A stretch of DNA of 64,000 nt, taken from the NCBI GenBank assembly GCA_002898235.1, contig BEIL01000003.1, positions 2,264 through 66,263 on the forward strand, read 5' to 3'. This DNA is from a bacterium HR35 (GTDB taxonomy: Bacteria > Patescibacteriota > Minisyncoccia > UBA6257 > HR35). The translations under genes were made by a program, and so were the position numbers. Under the pieces are notes generated by a model. That model was given only the letters and a program-made list of their open reading frames with translations. It did no database searches and was not told the origin of the DNA. Below, one piece after another: positions 18,904 through 28,500 of the stretch (position 1 is the stretch's first letter; every line of letters begins with the position of its first letter).

Positions 18904-19331
18904 GGTCCAAAAATTATTCTTTCTATTTGGTCTTTAATTAAGTCGCCTAATAAAACTATAACAATTCCAACCGGAGTCCAAATAAGAATTCTCCAAGCAA
19001 TAGCAACATTTTTAAGACCAAAAAACGGAGTTGAAATTAAATAAATAGCTGCTCCAAAAAAGGCTATGACCATTAAAATCAAAGCTAAACTTTTAAGGAG
19101 TTCCAAAATATCAAAAGCACATCTTATTAACTTTTGTAGCGCAGAATTAGCTCCTTCTCCACATTTAAGAGTTGAGGCAAAGGGTTCTCTAAAAAAATTC
19201 AAAATAGAATAAAATGGATCTTCTGAACCTCCATTAGTTCCACCGCCTCCACCTGTTCCTGGTTCAAGAGCTCCAAGAGTATAATTAACCAAAAGAAAAA
19301 AAATAAATAAAAAAATAAAAAACTTCTTCAT
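18900..19331 (-). CDS. Secreted/membrane pilin-like paralogue with a Gly-rich N-terminal region.
   Basis: Signal peptide, GTGGGGGTNGG, CGEGANSALQKLIRC, then AFFGAAIYLISTPFFGLKNVAIAWRILIWTPVGIVIVLL. ATGA overlap with the neighbouring gene. Confidence 0.45.
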   Translation of the reverse strand: MKKFFIFLFIFFLLVNYTLGALEPGTGGGGGTNGGSEDPFYSILNFFREPFASTLKCGEGANSALQKLIRCAFDILELLKSLALILMVIAFFGAAIYLISTPFFGLKNVAIAWRILIWTPVGIVIVLLGDLIKDQIERIIFGP

Positions 19332-19336
19332 TAATC

Positions 19337-19693
19337 TTAATAGTATTTTAATTTCGGACCGAAAAATTCTAAAACTAAATCAAAAATAACACCAATAGAA
19401 AGAAGAAGGATATAACCGATAATAGCTGTTTTAATCATATCTTTTCCTCGGTTGGCTAAATTAGGATAAGGACCACCTAACATCCATAAAAAAGAACCAA
19501 TAACAGAAATGATAACAGCAAACCAAAAGGCAAACCAAATAACAAAAGTTAATAATCTTCTTATATTACTAAATAATTCTGGAAGCTGACAAGGATCGTG
19601 TTCGCATTTAACTAAACCTCCAGAAAAATCTTCTTGAGCTAAAACAAAATTTAAAAGAAAAAAAATAGTGAAAAAAATTATTATTTTATTCAT
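19337..19693 (-). CDS. Secreted/membrane pilin-like paralogue.
   Basis: Signal peptide, CEHDPC, then VIGSFLWMLGGPYPNLANRGKDMIKTAIIGYILLLSIG. Confidence 0.45.
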   Translation of the reverse strand: MNKIIIFFTIFFLLNFVLAQEDFSGGLVKCEHDPCQLPELFSNIRRLLTFVIWFAFWFAVIISVIGSFLWMLGGPYPNLANRGKDMIKTAIIGYILLLSIGVIFDLVLEFFGPKLKYY

Positions 19694-19694
19694 T

Positions 19695-20873
19695 TTAAAA
19701 TCTTAAATTTAATAATTCCAAAGCTCTTCTACCTTCATTAGGATTATTTTCCCAAACCTCTAAAACTTTTTCAAATTGAGAGTAATCATCTAAGGAAATA
19801 AAATCTAAATATGAAGAACCATACTCAGCGTTTTTTTGAAATATATCTTTAGGAGGTTCAATTGAGGAAACTTTAAAAATAGGAATTAAATCCATTTCTT
19901 CTATAAATTTCTCGTAGTTTTTTTCTTCTAAGAGCCATTTTAAAAATAAGATTGTTTTCTCATAATTAGAAGAATTTTTAGGAATAGCAAAATAGAATGC
20001 TTTAACAAAATTTTTACCAGTTGGAGGAAATGTTTCTAATGGATTTTGAGAAACCCTATAGCTTATTCGCGGATTTAATCTTAAAACGCTTTTTAAGTCT
20101 TCGTAAAAACCTATGAAAGCTCCTACTTTTTCATTAGCAAAAAGACTAATATCTTGACTGCCCAATCCTCTTTTTAAAGCAAAATTTGGTGACTTTTCGT
20201 CACTGTAATTATAGTAATCATTAATGGTTTGATCTAGGCTTTTTTTCTCTAAAGTTTTTAAAACTAAAATAATTTCTTTTTTATTTTTAACCTCATTAGT
20301 TCCTAAGGCAATTAAATAAAAATCTTTTATATTTTTGTTTTTAAAATCTGCTAAGAGATTATTAAGTTCAGAAATTGTTGTCGGAGGCTGGTAATTAAAA
20401 AAATCAAAAATTCTTTTATTATAGATAAAAGTTAAAGAATCGATATTGACTGGAACCCCTAAGTTTTCAATTTCGGTTTCTAAAAATAACGGCTTAGGTA
20501 AATTAAGATTTATTTCTTGTAAGTATTTTTTATTTCGATAGATAATATAATTAGGAGCATAAATCAAATCAGGAGCTTCTCCGCCAGCTAAAGCATAAAT
20601 AAAATCCTTTTCTAAATTATCAAAGTCTTTTTTGTAATAATCGAAATAAAGACAGTATTTTGAAGAAAAAGGAGAAATAAAGCTCAAAAATTTATCTTTA
20701 TCAAAATTTGCCCAAACTTTAAGATGAAGATTATAACAAGGAGTTTGTCTTTTAGGCTTATTTGGTTTAAATAAAATATAAGCAAAAACTAAAAGAACTA
20801 TAATTAAAATTATGATTTGATATTTAACATCAGTTAATATTTTGTTTTTAATTTCTTCTAAATTAAGGTTCAT
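19695..20873 (-). CDS. Hypothetical membrane-anchored extracytoplasmic protein (single N-terminal TM); may be co-transcribed with the pilin-like array.
   Basis: N-terminal hydrophobic helix IIILIIVLLVFAYILF and no recognisable catalytic motif; 2-nt gap to the array, ATGA overlap with the downstream methyltransferase. Confidence 0.3.
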   Translation of the reverse strand: MNLNLEEIKNKILTDVKYQIIILIIVLLVFAYILFKPNKPKRQTPCYNLHLKVWANFDKDKFLSFISPFSSKYCLYFDYYKKDFDNLEKDFIYALAGGEAPDLIYAPNYIIYRNKKYLQEINLNLPKPLFLETEIENLGVPVNIDSLTFIYNKRIFDFFNYQPPTTISELNNLLADFKNKNIKDFYLIALGTNEVKNKKEIILVLKTLEKKSLDQTINDYYNYSDEKSPNFALKRGLGSQDISLFANEKVGAFIGFYEDLKSVLRLNPRISYRVSQNPLETFPPTGKNFVKAFYFAIPKNSSNYEKTILFLKWLLEEKNYEKFIEEMDLIPIFKVSSIEPPKDIFQKNAEYGSSYLDFISLDDYSQFEKVLEVWENNPNEGRRALELLNLRF

Positions 20874-21391
20874 TTTTGGAAAATCAAAAGAAAATAACCA
20901 GGATAATTTTTATGGTCAATTAACTTAAAGCCCAATTGAGAGCAAATTTCTTCTATTTTTTCTTGAGGATAAACTTCTTGGTTTTGAAAAAGAAAATTAT
21001 TTTTTTGAGGTTCAAAAATTATTAAAAAGCCATTAGTTTTTAAAACTTGATAAGCGTTTTTTAAAATTTTTTCTGGTTCTTTAGATTGATACAAAACTTG
21101 AGAAATAAAAACAAAATCAAGAGGACTGATAGCTAATCCAGTAGTTGTTTCTAAATTTTGTTTTAAAAACCTAATATTTTTTATTCCTAAATTATTAGCA
21201 AATTCTGAAGCTTCTTTTAAAACCTCATCTTGAATATCGATAGCATAAATAGTTCCTGATGGTAAAACTGTTTGCGCTAAAAGAACGGAAAAATAGCCTG
21301 ATCCACAACCAAAATCAGCTCCATTCATATTTTGAGTTAAGTATTTTTTTTCCTTTAAAAAACTAATTATTTCTCCAGGACGAGCAAACAT
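20870..21391 (-). CDS. Class I SAM-dependent methyltransferase.
   Basis: Motif I DFGCGSGYFS, motif II/III context; 173 aa. Confidence 0.6.
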   Translation of the reverse strand: MFARPGEIISFLKEKKYLTQNMNGADFGCGSGYFSVLLAQTVLPSGTIYAIDIQDEVLKEASEFANNLGIKNIRFLKQNLETTTGLAISPLDFVFISQVLYQSKEPEKILKNAYQVLKTNGFLIIFEPQKNNFLFQNQEVYPQEKIEEICSQLGFKLIDHKNYPGYFLLIFQK

Positions 21392-21415
21392 TAAATAAAA
21401 TTTTAATTAAAATTG

Positions 21416-23737
21416 CTAAAAAATAAAAACATTTTTAATTTCATCTAAACCTGAGATTTTCTTGGGTGCATTTACTCTTTTAACCAAAGGTATCTCTTTT
21501 ATTTTTATTGCCTTCATTTCGCCATCTGAAAGAAGAATTTCTTTTTCTTCTTGAAGAGTCTTAGCTAAGATTAGATTACCATATTTTTCTTTTTCAAAAA
21601 TAAAAACCCCTTTACCTCCACGGTTTTGAGTTTTAATTTCTTCTAAAGAAAAAAGCTTAACAAAACCTTTGCTAAAAACTAAAATCATTTTATTTGAATT
21701 TTTTAATCCTCCATTAATAATTCTTTCTTTAGCTGCTTTTACTCCTTTAGCCGATCTTCCTTGGGGAGAAAGATTATCTTTAAAAATTAAAATGTTGCCT
21801 ATTTCTAAAACTAAAAAAATCTCTTCACCACCTCGATGACTAAAAGCAGAAACAACTTCGTCCTGATTAGATAATTTAATTACTGAAATACCAGCTTTCC
21901 GAGTAGTAATTACTTCATTTTTTTCTAATTTTTTAATTAAACCATTTTTGGTAATTAAACTAAGATATTTTTCTTTCAAATTAATAATTTCAATAATTTC
22001 ATCTCCACTTTCAAGTTTAATAAACGATTCTAAATATTTTTGATTTTTATTATAAAGCTCGTAAGCTTCTAGATTATAAACTTTACCATTTTTAGTAACG
22101 ATAATTAAAGTATCTTTTGAATTAAGATAAATTAGTTTTTTAGGAAAGATTTTATTTTTAACTAGTTTTTCTAAATCAGTTTTGTTTTCTTCAAAAGTAA
22201 AAATTTGATTTTTACTAGAAATTAAAAGAATAAAATTTTTATCCGGAATTTCTTTTTCTTTAATTTCAGGCTCCTCATAAACAACTTTAGTTAACCTTGG
22301 AGAGCTGTATTTTTCAATTATTTCATCAATCTCTTTAACAATTACTTCATCAATCTTTTTAGGACTTCTTAAAATCATTTCTAATTCTTGAATTAAACTT
22401 TTTCTTTCTTTAAGCTCTTCTAAAATCTTATGTCTTTCCATTTGGGTTAAAGTTCGAAGCGGCATTTCTAAAATTGCATCAGCTTGTTTTTCTGAAAGCT
22501 TAAATTTCTTCATTAAATTTTCTAAAGCCTCTTTTTTATCTTTAGATTTCTTAATAGTTTCAATAACTCGATCCAAATTTTCTAAAGCTTTATCAAAGCC
22601 TTCTAATAAATGTACTCTCTCCTTATTTTTTTCCAAATCAAACCTTGTTCTTCGCTTAACGACTTCTCGACGATGATTAAGCCAAATAACTAAAAGTTCC
22701 TTTAAATTAAAATTCTTAGGCTGAAGACCATTTTCTAAAGCAATAAAATTAAAATAATAAGTTTTCTGAAGAGAAGTTAAGCGGTAAAGATCATCAATTA
22801 TTTTTTGATAATCAGCCTCTGGTTTTAATTCAATTACCACCCTCATTCCCTCTTTATTAGATTCATCTCTAACATCTTTTATTCCTTCTATAACTTTATC
22901 CAAGGCTAAAGTAGCTATTTCTTTAACTAACTCTGCTTTATTTACTTGCCAAGGAATACTTTTAATTACTAAATATTCTTTACCTCTTTTGGTTTCTTCA
23001 ATTTCTATTTCTCCTCTAACAACAATTCCTCCTCGACCTTCTTCATAAGCTTTTTCTAATTTAGAACCAGCATAAACTATTCCACCAGTTGGAAAATCTG
23101 GACCTTTAATTATTTTCAAGAGTTCTTTAGTAGTAATTTTTTCATTTTTAATAATTTCCTTAACAGCTGTCATTACTTCAGTTAAATTATGGGGTGGGAT
23201 TGAGGTTGCCATACCAACAGCAATTCCCATTGAACCATTAATTAATAAATTTGGTACTTTAGCTGGCAAAACTACTGGTTCTTCTCGAGTATTATCATAA
23301 TTTGGACGAAAATCAACAGTTTCTTTCTCAATATCAGCTAACATCTCTTCAGCCATTTTTGAAAGTTTTGCCTCGGTGTAGCGATAGGCAGCCGGTGGAT
23401 CTCCGTCAATTGAACCAAAATTTCCTTGACCTTGAACCAGTGGGTATCTCATTGAAAAATCTTGGGCTAATCTAACTAAAGCATCATAAACAGCTTGATC
23501 ACCATGAGGATGATAGCGAGCAATTGTATTTCCAACAATATTAGCACATTTAGTAAATTTTTCATTAGACCATAAACCAAGTTCTTTCATTACATAAATA
23601 ATTCTTCTTTGAACAGGCTTCAAGCCATCGCGAGCATCAGGCAAAGCTCGAGAAATAATAACCGATAAAGCATAATCAAGATAAGCCCTCTTTAGCTCAG
23701 CTGTAATTTCTTGGACTATAATTTTAAGTTTCTTCAT
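21416..23737 (-). CDS. gyrA: DNA gyrase subunit A.
   Basis: N-terminal [15 protein letters not shown] with active-site tyrosine region AAYRYTEAK; a C-terminal GyrA-box-like QNRGGKG; 773 aa. Confidence 0.8.
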   Translation of the reverse strand: MKKLKIIVQEITAELKRAYLDYALSVIISRALPDARDGLKPVQRRIIYVMKELGLWSNEKFTKCANIVGNTIARYHPHGDQAVYDALVRLAQDFSMRYPLVQGQGNFGSIDGDPPAAYRYTEAKLSKMAEEMLADIEKETVDFRPNYDNTREEPVVLPAKVPNLLINGSMGIAVGMATSIPPHNLTEVMTAVKEIIKNEKITTKELLKIIKGPDFPTGGIVYAGSKLEKAYEEGRGGIVVRGEIEIEETKRGKEYLVIKSIPWQVNKAELVKEIATLALDKVIEGIKDVRDESNKEGMRVVIELKPEADYQKIIDDLYRLTSLQKTYYFNFIALENGLQPKNFNLKELLVIWLNHRREVVKRRTRFDLEKNKERVHLLEGFDKALENLDRVIETIKKSKDKKEALENLMKKFKLSEKQADAILEMPLRTLTQMERHKILEELKERKSLIQELEMILRSPKKIDEVIVKEIDEIIEKYSSPRLTKVVYEEPEIKEKEIPDKNFILLISSKNQIFTFEENKTDLEKLVKNKIFPKKLIYLNSKDTLIIVTKNGKVYNLEAYELYNKNQKYLESFIKLESGDEIIEIINLKEKYLSLITKNGLIKKLEKNEVITTRKAGISVIKLSNQDEVVSAFSHRGGEEIFLVLEIGNILIFKDNLSPQGRSAKGVKAAKERIINGGLKNSNKMILVFSKGFVKLFSLEEIKTQNRGGKGVFIFEKEKYGNLILAKTLQEEKEILLSDGEMKAIKIKEIPLVKRVNAPKKISGLDEIKNVFIF

Positions 23738-23940
23738 TATCTACCTAAAAAATTAGCTATACCATTTAAAATCAAAGCTGTGCCTGCTTGGAAGTTTTTA
23801 AAAATAAAAGCAGTTGCTTGAACTGCTGGTGGAGTTCTTTTTAAACCATAAACTAAAGAGCCGCCACTAAACCACCAAAGAAATAAAAGAAGGGAGAAAA
23901 CAGCTAGAGTATAAATTAAGGGGCGATATTTTTTAAGCAT
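23737..23940 (-). CDS. Small hypothetical membrane protein.
   Basis: 67-aa ORF with one hydrophobic helix sitting between gyrA and the upstream gene; no homology recognised. Confidence 0.2.
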   Translation of the reverse strand: MLKKYRPLIYTLAVFSLLLFLWWFSGGSLVYGLKRTPPAVQATAFIFKNFQAGTALILNGIANFLGR

Positions 23941-24429
23941 TTACTCTAAAATGTAAATTTGGTTTTCCGACCTTTTTAAATTTATTTTAAAACTTTTTCC
24001 CTTATTTTTTTGAAAGTTGGAATAATTTAAATTGTGGTCGGTGATTATATTTTTTATTTCAAATTTTTTAATCAATTCTTCTGGCAAATTTTTGTCTAAA
24101 AAAATTAAAGCTTCGATTTTGGAAGTGATTTCTTTAATTTTTTTAAAGCTTTCAGCTTCTGGTGAAACATTAGAAAAGATCAAAAAGCCTTCATCGCTTT
24201 CAAAAAGATGAGTTAATTGATTATTTTTATTTAAAAAAGAATAAATAAAAACTTCACCAACATTATATTCTCCTGGCGAAGCAAAGATTTGGTCGTAATT
24301 TATTTTTTCATTATATTGAGAAAAAATTAAGGTATAATTTTCTTTAGTTCTTACCTGAGAAGGATTTAAAAGGAAATTCCGATCGGCTAGTTGTAAGACT
24401 AATCCTAAGTTGTCTTTTTTTATTTGCAT
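23941..24429 (-). CDS. Hypothetical protein.
   Basis: ORF in an operon-like position; no motif recognised. Confidence 0.3.
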   Translation of the reverse strand: MQIKKDNLGLVLQLADRNFLLNPSQVRTKENYTLIFSQYNEKINYDQIFASPGEYNVGEVFIYSFLNKNNQLTHLFESDEGFLIFSNVSPEAESFKKIKEITSKIEALIFLDKNLPEELIKKFEIKNIITDHNLNYSNFQKNKGKSFKINLKRSENQIYILE

Positions 24430-24471
24430 TTCTTATTAATTTTATCATAAAAATAAGGTAAAATATTAATC

Positions 24472-25536
24472 ATGAGTCAAACAATGGTTACTGAACAAAA
24501 TCAAGGATTAAAAGTGAAAGTTAAGAATATAACAATAGGTAGTATTTTGGAGGGAGTTGTTATCAGTAAGAAAAAGGGTGAGCTTTTTGTTGATTTGAGT
24601 CCTTTTGGAACAGGAAGGCTTTATGGGATTTTTTTCAAAGAGTGTGAGGATTTAGCAAAAAAAGTAAATGTTGGTGATAAAGTTGGAGTAAAGGTTGTTG
24701 GTTTAAATGATGGTTATGGAAATTTAGAAATTGTTCTTCAAGATACTTTTCAAATTAATCGCTGGCAAAAGATTTTGGAATATCAAAGAAATAAAACAGT
24801 TTTGGAATTGGAAATTAAAGAAGCTAATCGAGGTGGTTGGATTATTGAGCTTGAAGGCATTCAGGGTTTCATTCCTGTTTCTCAACTTTCGCCTGAATAT
24901 TATCCTCGAGTAAGTAATAATGATAAAGAGGCTATTTTAGAACATCTTAAAAAATTTGTTGGTCAAAAAATTAAATGCGTTGTTTGGTTAGCTGATCCTC
25001 AAAAAAACAAGTTAGTTCTTTCAGAAAAATTAACAAAAGCTGAAATTTATCAAAAGGTTTTAGAAAGTCTTCAGGTTGGTCAAATTTTAGATGTTAAAGT
25101 TGTTGGTATCAGTTCCTTTGGTGTTTTTGTTAGGTTTCATACTAACCCTGATATGGATGGTTTAATTCATATTATGGAAATTCCTCCAGAGTTAGCAAAT
25201 GACCTTCAAAAAAATTTTCCTTTAGGCAAAATCTTAAAAGCAAAAATTATTCAAATAAAACAAGATAGAGTTAATTTTTCTCTTAAAGATTTGAGGCCTG
25301 ATCCTTGGTTAATGGTTAAAGAATTTTATCGTGAAGGCTCTCAAGTCCAGGGGCTGGTTAAGGAAAAAAATAATATCTTTGGTGTAGCTGAAATTTCAGT
25401 AGGAGAGTATGGAAGTATTCAGGGTTATGTTTTTGAAGGAGTAGAAAAATTGGAGGTTAATAAGAGCTATAATTTTTTAATCGAAACTTTAAATCCCAAA
25501 GAAAAACATCTTGTTTTAAAACCGATTGATGCTTAG
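24472..25536 (+). CDS. rpsA: S1 RNA-binding-domain protein (short ribosomal protein S1 homologue, about 4 S1 repeats).
   Basis: Repeated G-x-V-x-G-x-V-(x)n-G-V/A-F-V S1 motifs (GSILEGVVISKKKGELFVDL, GQILDVKVVGISSFGVFVRF, and others). Confidence 0.6.
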   Translation: MSQTMVTEQNQGLKVKVKNITIGSILEGVVISKKKGELFVDLSPFGTGRLYGIFFKECEDLAKKVNVGDKVGVKVVGLNDGYGNLEIVLQDTFQINRWQKILEYQRNKTVLELEIKEANRGGWIIELEGIQGFIPVSQLSPEYYPRVSNNDKEAILEHLKKFVGQKIKCVVWLADPQKNKLVLSEKLTKAEIYQKVLESLQVGQILDVKVVGISSFGVFVRFHTNPDMDGLIHIMEIPPELANDLQKNFPLGKILKAKIIQIKQDRVNFSLKDLRPDPWLMVKEFYREGSQVQGLVKEKNNIFGVAEISVGEYGSIQGYVFEGVEKLEVNKSYNFLIETLNPKEKHLVLKPIDA

Positions 25537-28500
25537 AAATAATTATCTTAAATACTTTATTTTAGTTTTCTCTTTAATTCTTTTTTTCTCAATTTTATTT
25601 GTTGGTGAGAAAAAAATCAAAGAAGAGCAAAGCGTTTCTTTTCCTGTATTTTTAGAAAAGGTAAAAAATGGCGAAGTTAAAGAAATTAACTTAGAAAACG
25701 AAACTAATTTTACTTTTATTACTCAAGACAATAAAGTTTTTAATTCGAATAAGGATCCTAATGTTAGCTTTTGGGAAGTCTTCGAAAAAGAAAAAATACC
25801 TAAAGAAGTTTATCTGAAGATTAAAATTACTAAAAAAACAGAAGCTTCTTGGCTTCAACTTTTTCTTTCTTTTCTAATTAATGTTATTCCAATAATAATT
25901 ATTACTTGGTTTATTTGGCAGATTTTCAGACAGACGCAAAGAGGTACAAGTCAAATTTTTTCTTTTGGCAAATCAGGAATTAAAGTTTATAATCCCAATG
26001 ATCCAAATCGAATAACTTTTAAAGATGTAGCTGGCCTTGAAGAAGCTAAACAAGAACTTATGGAAGTTGTTGAATTTTTAAAAAATCCTGAAAAGTTTTT
26101 CAAAATTGGAGCTCGAATTCCTAAAGGAGTATTACTAGTGGGGCCGCCTGGAACCGGGAAAACAATGTTGGCTCAAGCAACAGCCTCGGAGGCTGGTGTT
26201 CCTTTCTTTTATATTTCTGGTTCTGAGTTTGTTGAAATGTTTGTCGGTGTTGGTGCTTCAGTAACTGGAGACACACCGATATTAATAAAAAGAGGAAACA
26301 AAATTAAGTTAACAACTATCGGTAAGTTTGTTGATAAATTTTATCAAGAAAATGAAAGTGGTTTTGTTAAATTTATAGACGGTTATGAAACTTTAGGTTA
26401 TGAACCACAAAGAAAAGTTTATTTTGGCAAGCCAATCTGGACAAATATTCGTGGCGTTTTTAGACATAAAGTCAATGAGATTTATGAAATTTATTTTAGA
26501 GGGGGGAAAATAAAAACAACTGGAGATCATAGCGTTTTTGTCAGAGAAAAAAATAGAATTATTCCTAAAAAAGTAAGTGAATTAAAAGTTGGTGATTGTT
26601 TAGTAAATTTACCATTTAAACGAAGAAGTGTTTTTGTTAAAGGAATAGGCACAACTCATAAGATTTCAACTTTTGATCTTGAAGAAAAAGAGATTTATTT
26701 AGATTTATATGAGAAAGAGTATAATAAAGCTTTGTTTAGTTACCAGTTTGCTTTAGAAAATAGAAATATTTTGAGTCAAGCGAAAATAGGAAAAATTTTA
26801 GGATTAGCGCAGACTACAATTAAAGATTGGCAATTAGGAAGGAGAAGGCCGAAAATATTTTCGAGCTTTAATATCTTTAGATTTAAAATCCCGCCTAAAA
26901 TAAAAGTGGATTTAGATTTGATGAAACTTCTTGGCTATTATGTTGCTGAAGGGAGAACAACAGATTATTTCACTCAATTTGTTTTTGGGATTCATGAAAG
27001 AGATTTGATTAAAGATTGTTCAAATTTAATTGAAAAGATTTTTAACATAACACCCCATATCAAAGATTGTCCTGAAACTAACTCCTGTCGAATTACTATT
27101 TACTCATCAATTATTAGCAAATTTTTTAAAAAGCACTGTGGTACTGGGGCCAAGAAAAAGCATATTCCTCCTTTCTTGTGGCAAATTCCCTTTCCTTATT
27201 TCAAATCATTTTTAGAAGGTCTTTACAGGGGTGATGGTTACATTACAAAAGAAGGAAAGTTAATTATTACCACAACTTCAAGAAGGTTAGCTTTAGAGCT
27301 TATTTGGCTTTCGGCTCTCCATGGAATTCAAGTTGGACTAAGAAAAACAAAATCGCCTGAAAGAAAAATAAGAGAGAAAATTCTTAAGCCATCTAAATAT
27401 TACCTAGTAATTTTTGGAAAGACATCTAATCCTTTTCTTAAAAATAAAAAGACTTCTCAACCTAAAAAACCAATAATAACAAAAATAATTAAAAAACCCT
27501 ATGATGGTTATGTTTATGACCTTTGTGGTTGTGATAATGAAGCATTTTTTGGAGGAGAAAAACCTATTTTACTTCATAACAGTCGCGTCCGTGATGCATT
27601 TTCTGTTGCTAAAAGAAATCAACCTTGTTTAACAGGTGATACAATTATTACTTTAAGCAATGGAGAAGAAATTACTATTAAAGAGATTTATGAGAAAAAA
27701 TTGATTGGCAAAGAGGTTTTAGCTTTTGATGAAAATCTTAATCTTAAAACCGCAAAAATAATTGGTGTTAGCAAAACACCCGATCAAGAAATATTAAAAA
27801 TATCTACAATCATCGACACCATAAAATTAACTCCCGATCATCTTTTACCTACTTTGAAAGATGGCAGGTTAGAATGGGTAGAAGCCAAAGAACTAAAAGA
27901 GGGAGATTTCATAGCTTATCCAAAGAAAATTCCTGAAGAATTTAGGATTCAATCAATAAGAACTCTAACTTTGATTCCTGAAGAAACAAGAATTTACTTC
28001 AAAAACAATTGTCTGCCTAAAATATATGGAAATAAAAAGTATTATCATTCAGTTAAATTAAAAGAAATATATTTAGATAAAATTGACGAAGAAAACATTG
28101 CTTGGATTGCTTTAGGCAAAGGTGGTTTTACTGATTCTTATCTCTACAGAATACCAAAATATTTGAATGAAGATATTCTTTATCTTAAAGGCTTAATAGA
28201 TGGTGATGGTTCTTATCATAAAAACAAATTCAATATTACTTTTGTTAATACTGAGTTGTATCTTCACCAAGAAGTTAAAAAGATTGTTTTAGATAATTTT
28301 GGAATTTCTGCGAAGACTTATAAAAACAAAAAATATTATCGCAATCTTCCTCAAGGGAAACCACCTCAAAATCTTAAAGATTGTTATACCACTCATATTA
28401 ATAACAAGTTAGTTAAAATCATCCTGAAAAACATTGATGAGATTCTTCTTTCTTTACCAAACAATCTTATAGCTGCTTGGATAAGGGGCATTTTTGATAG

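Noticed and set aside
17143-19693. Alternative reading of the small membrane-protein array as holin/antiholin or bacteriocin-immunity genes
   Set aside because: Four of six carry cleavable signal peptides plus Cys-pair ectodomains. No lysin, bacteriocin or phage structural gene is adjacent. The architecture fits VirB2-type pilins better, though the holin-like possibility cannot be fully excluded without HMM searches.
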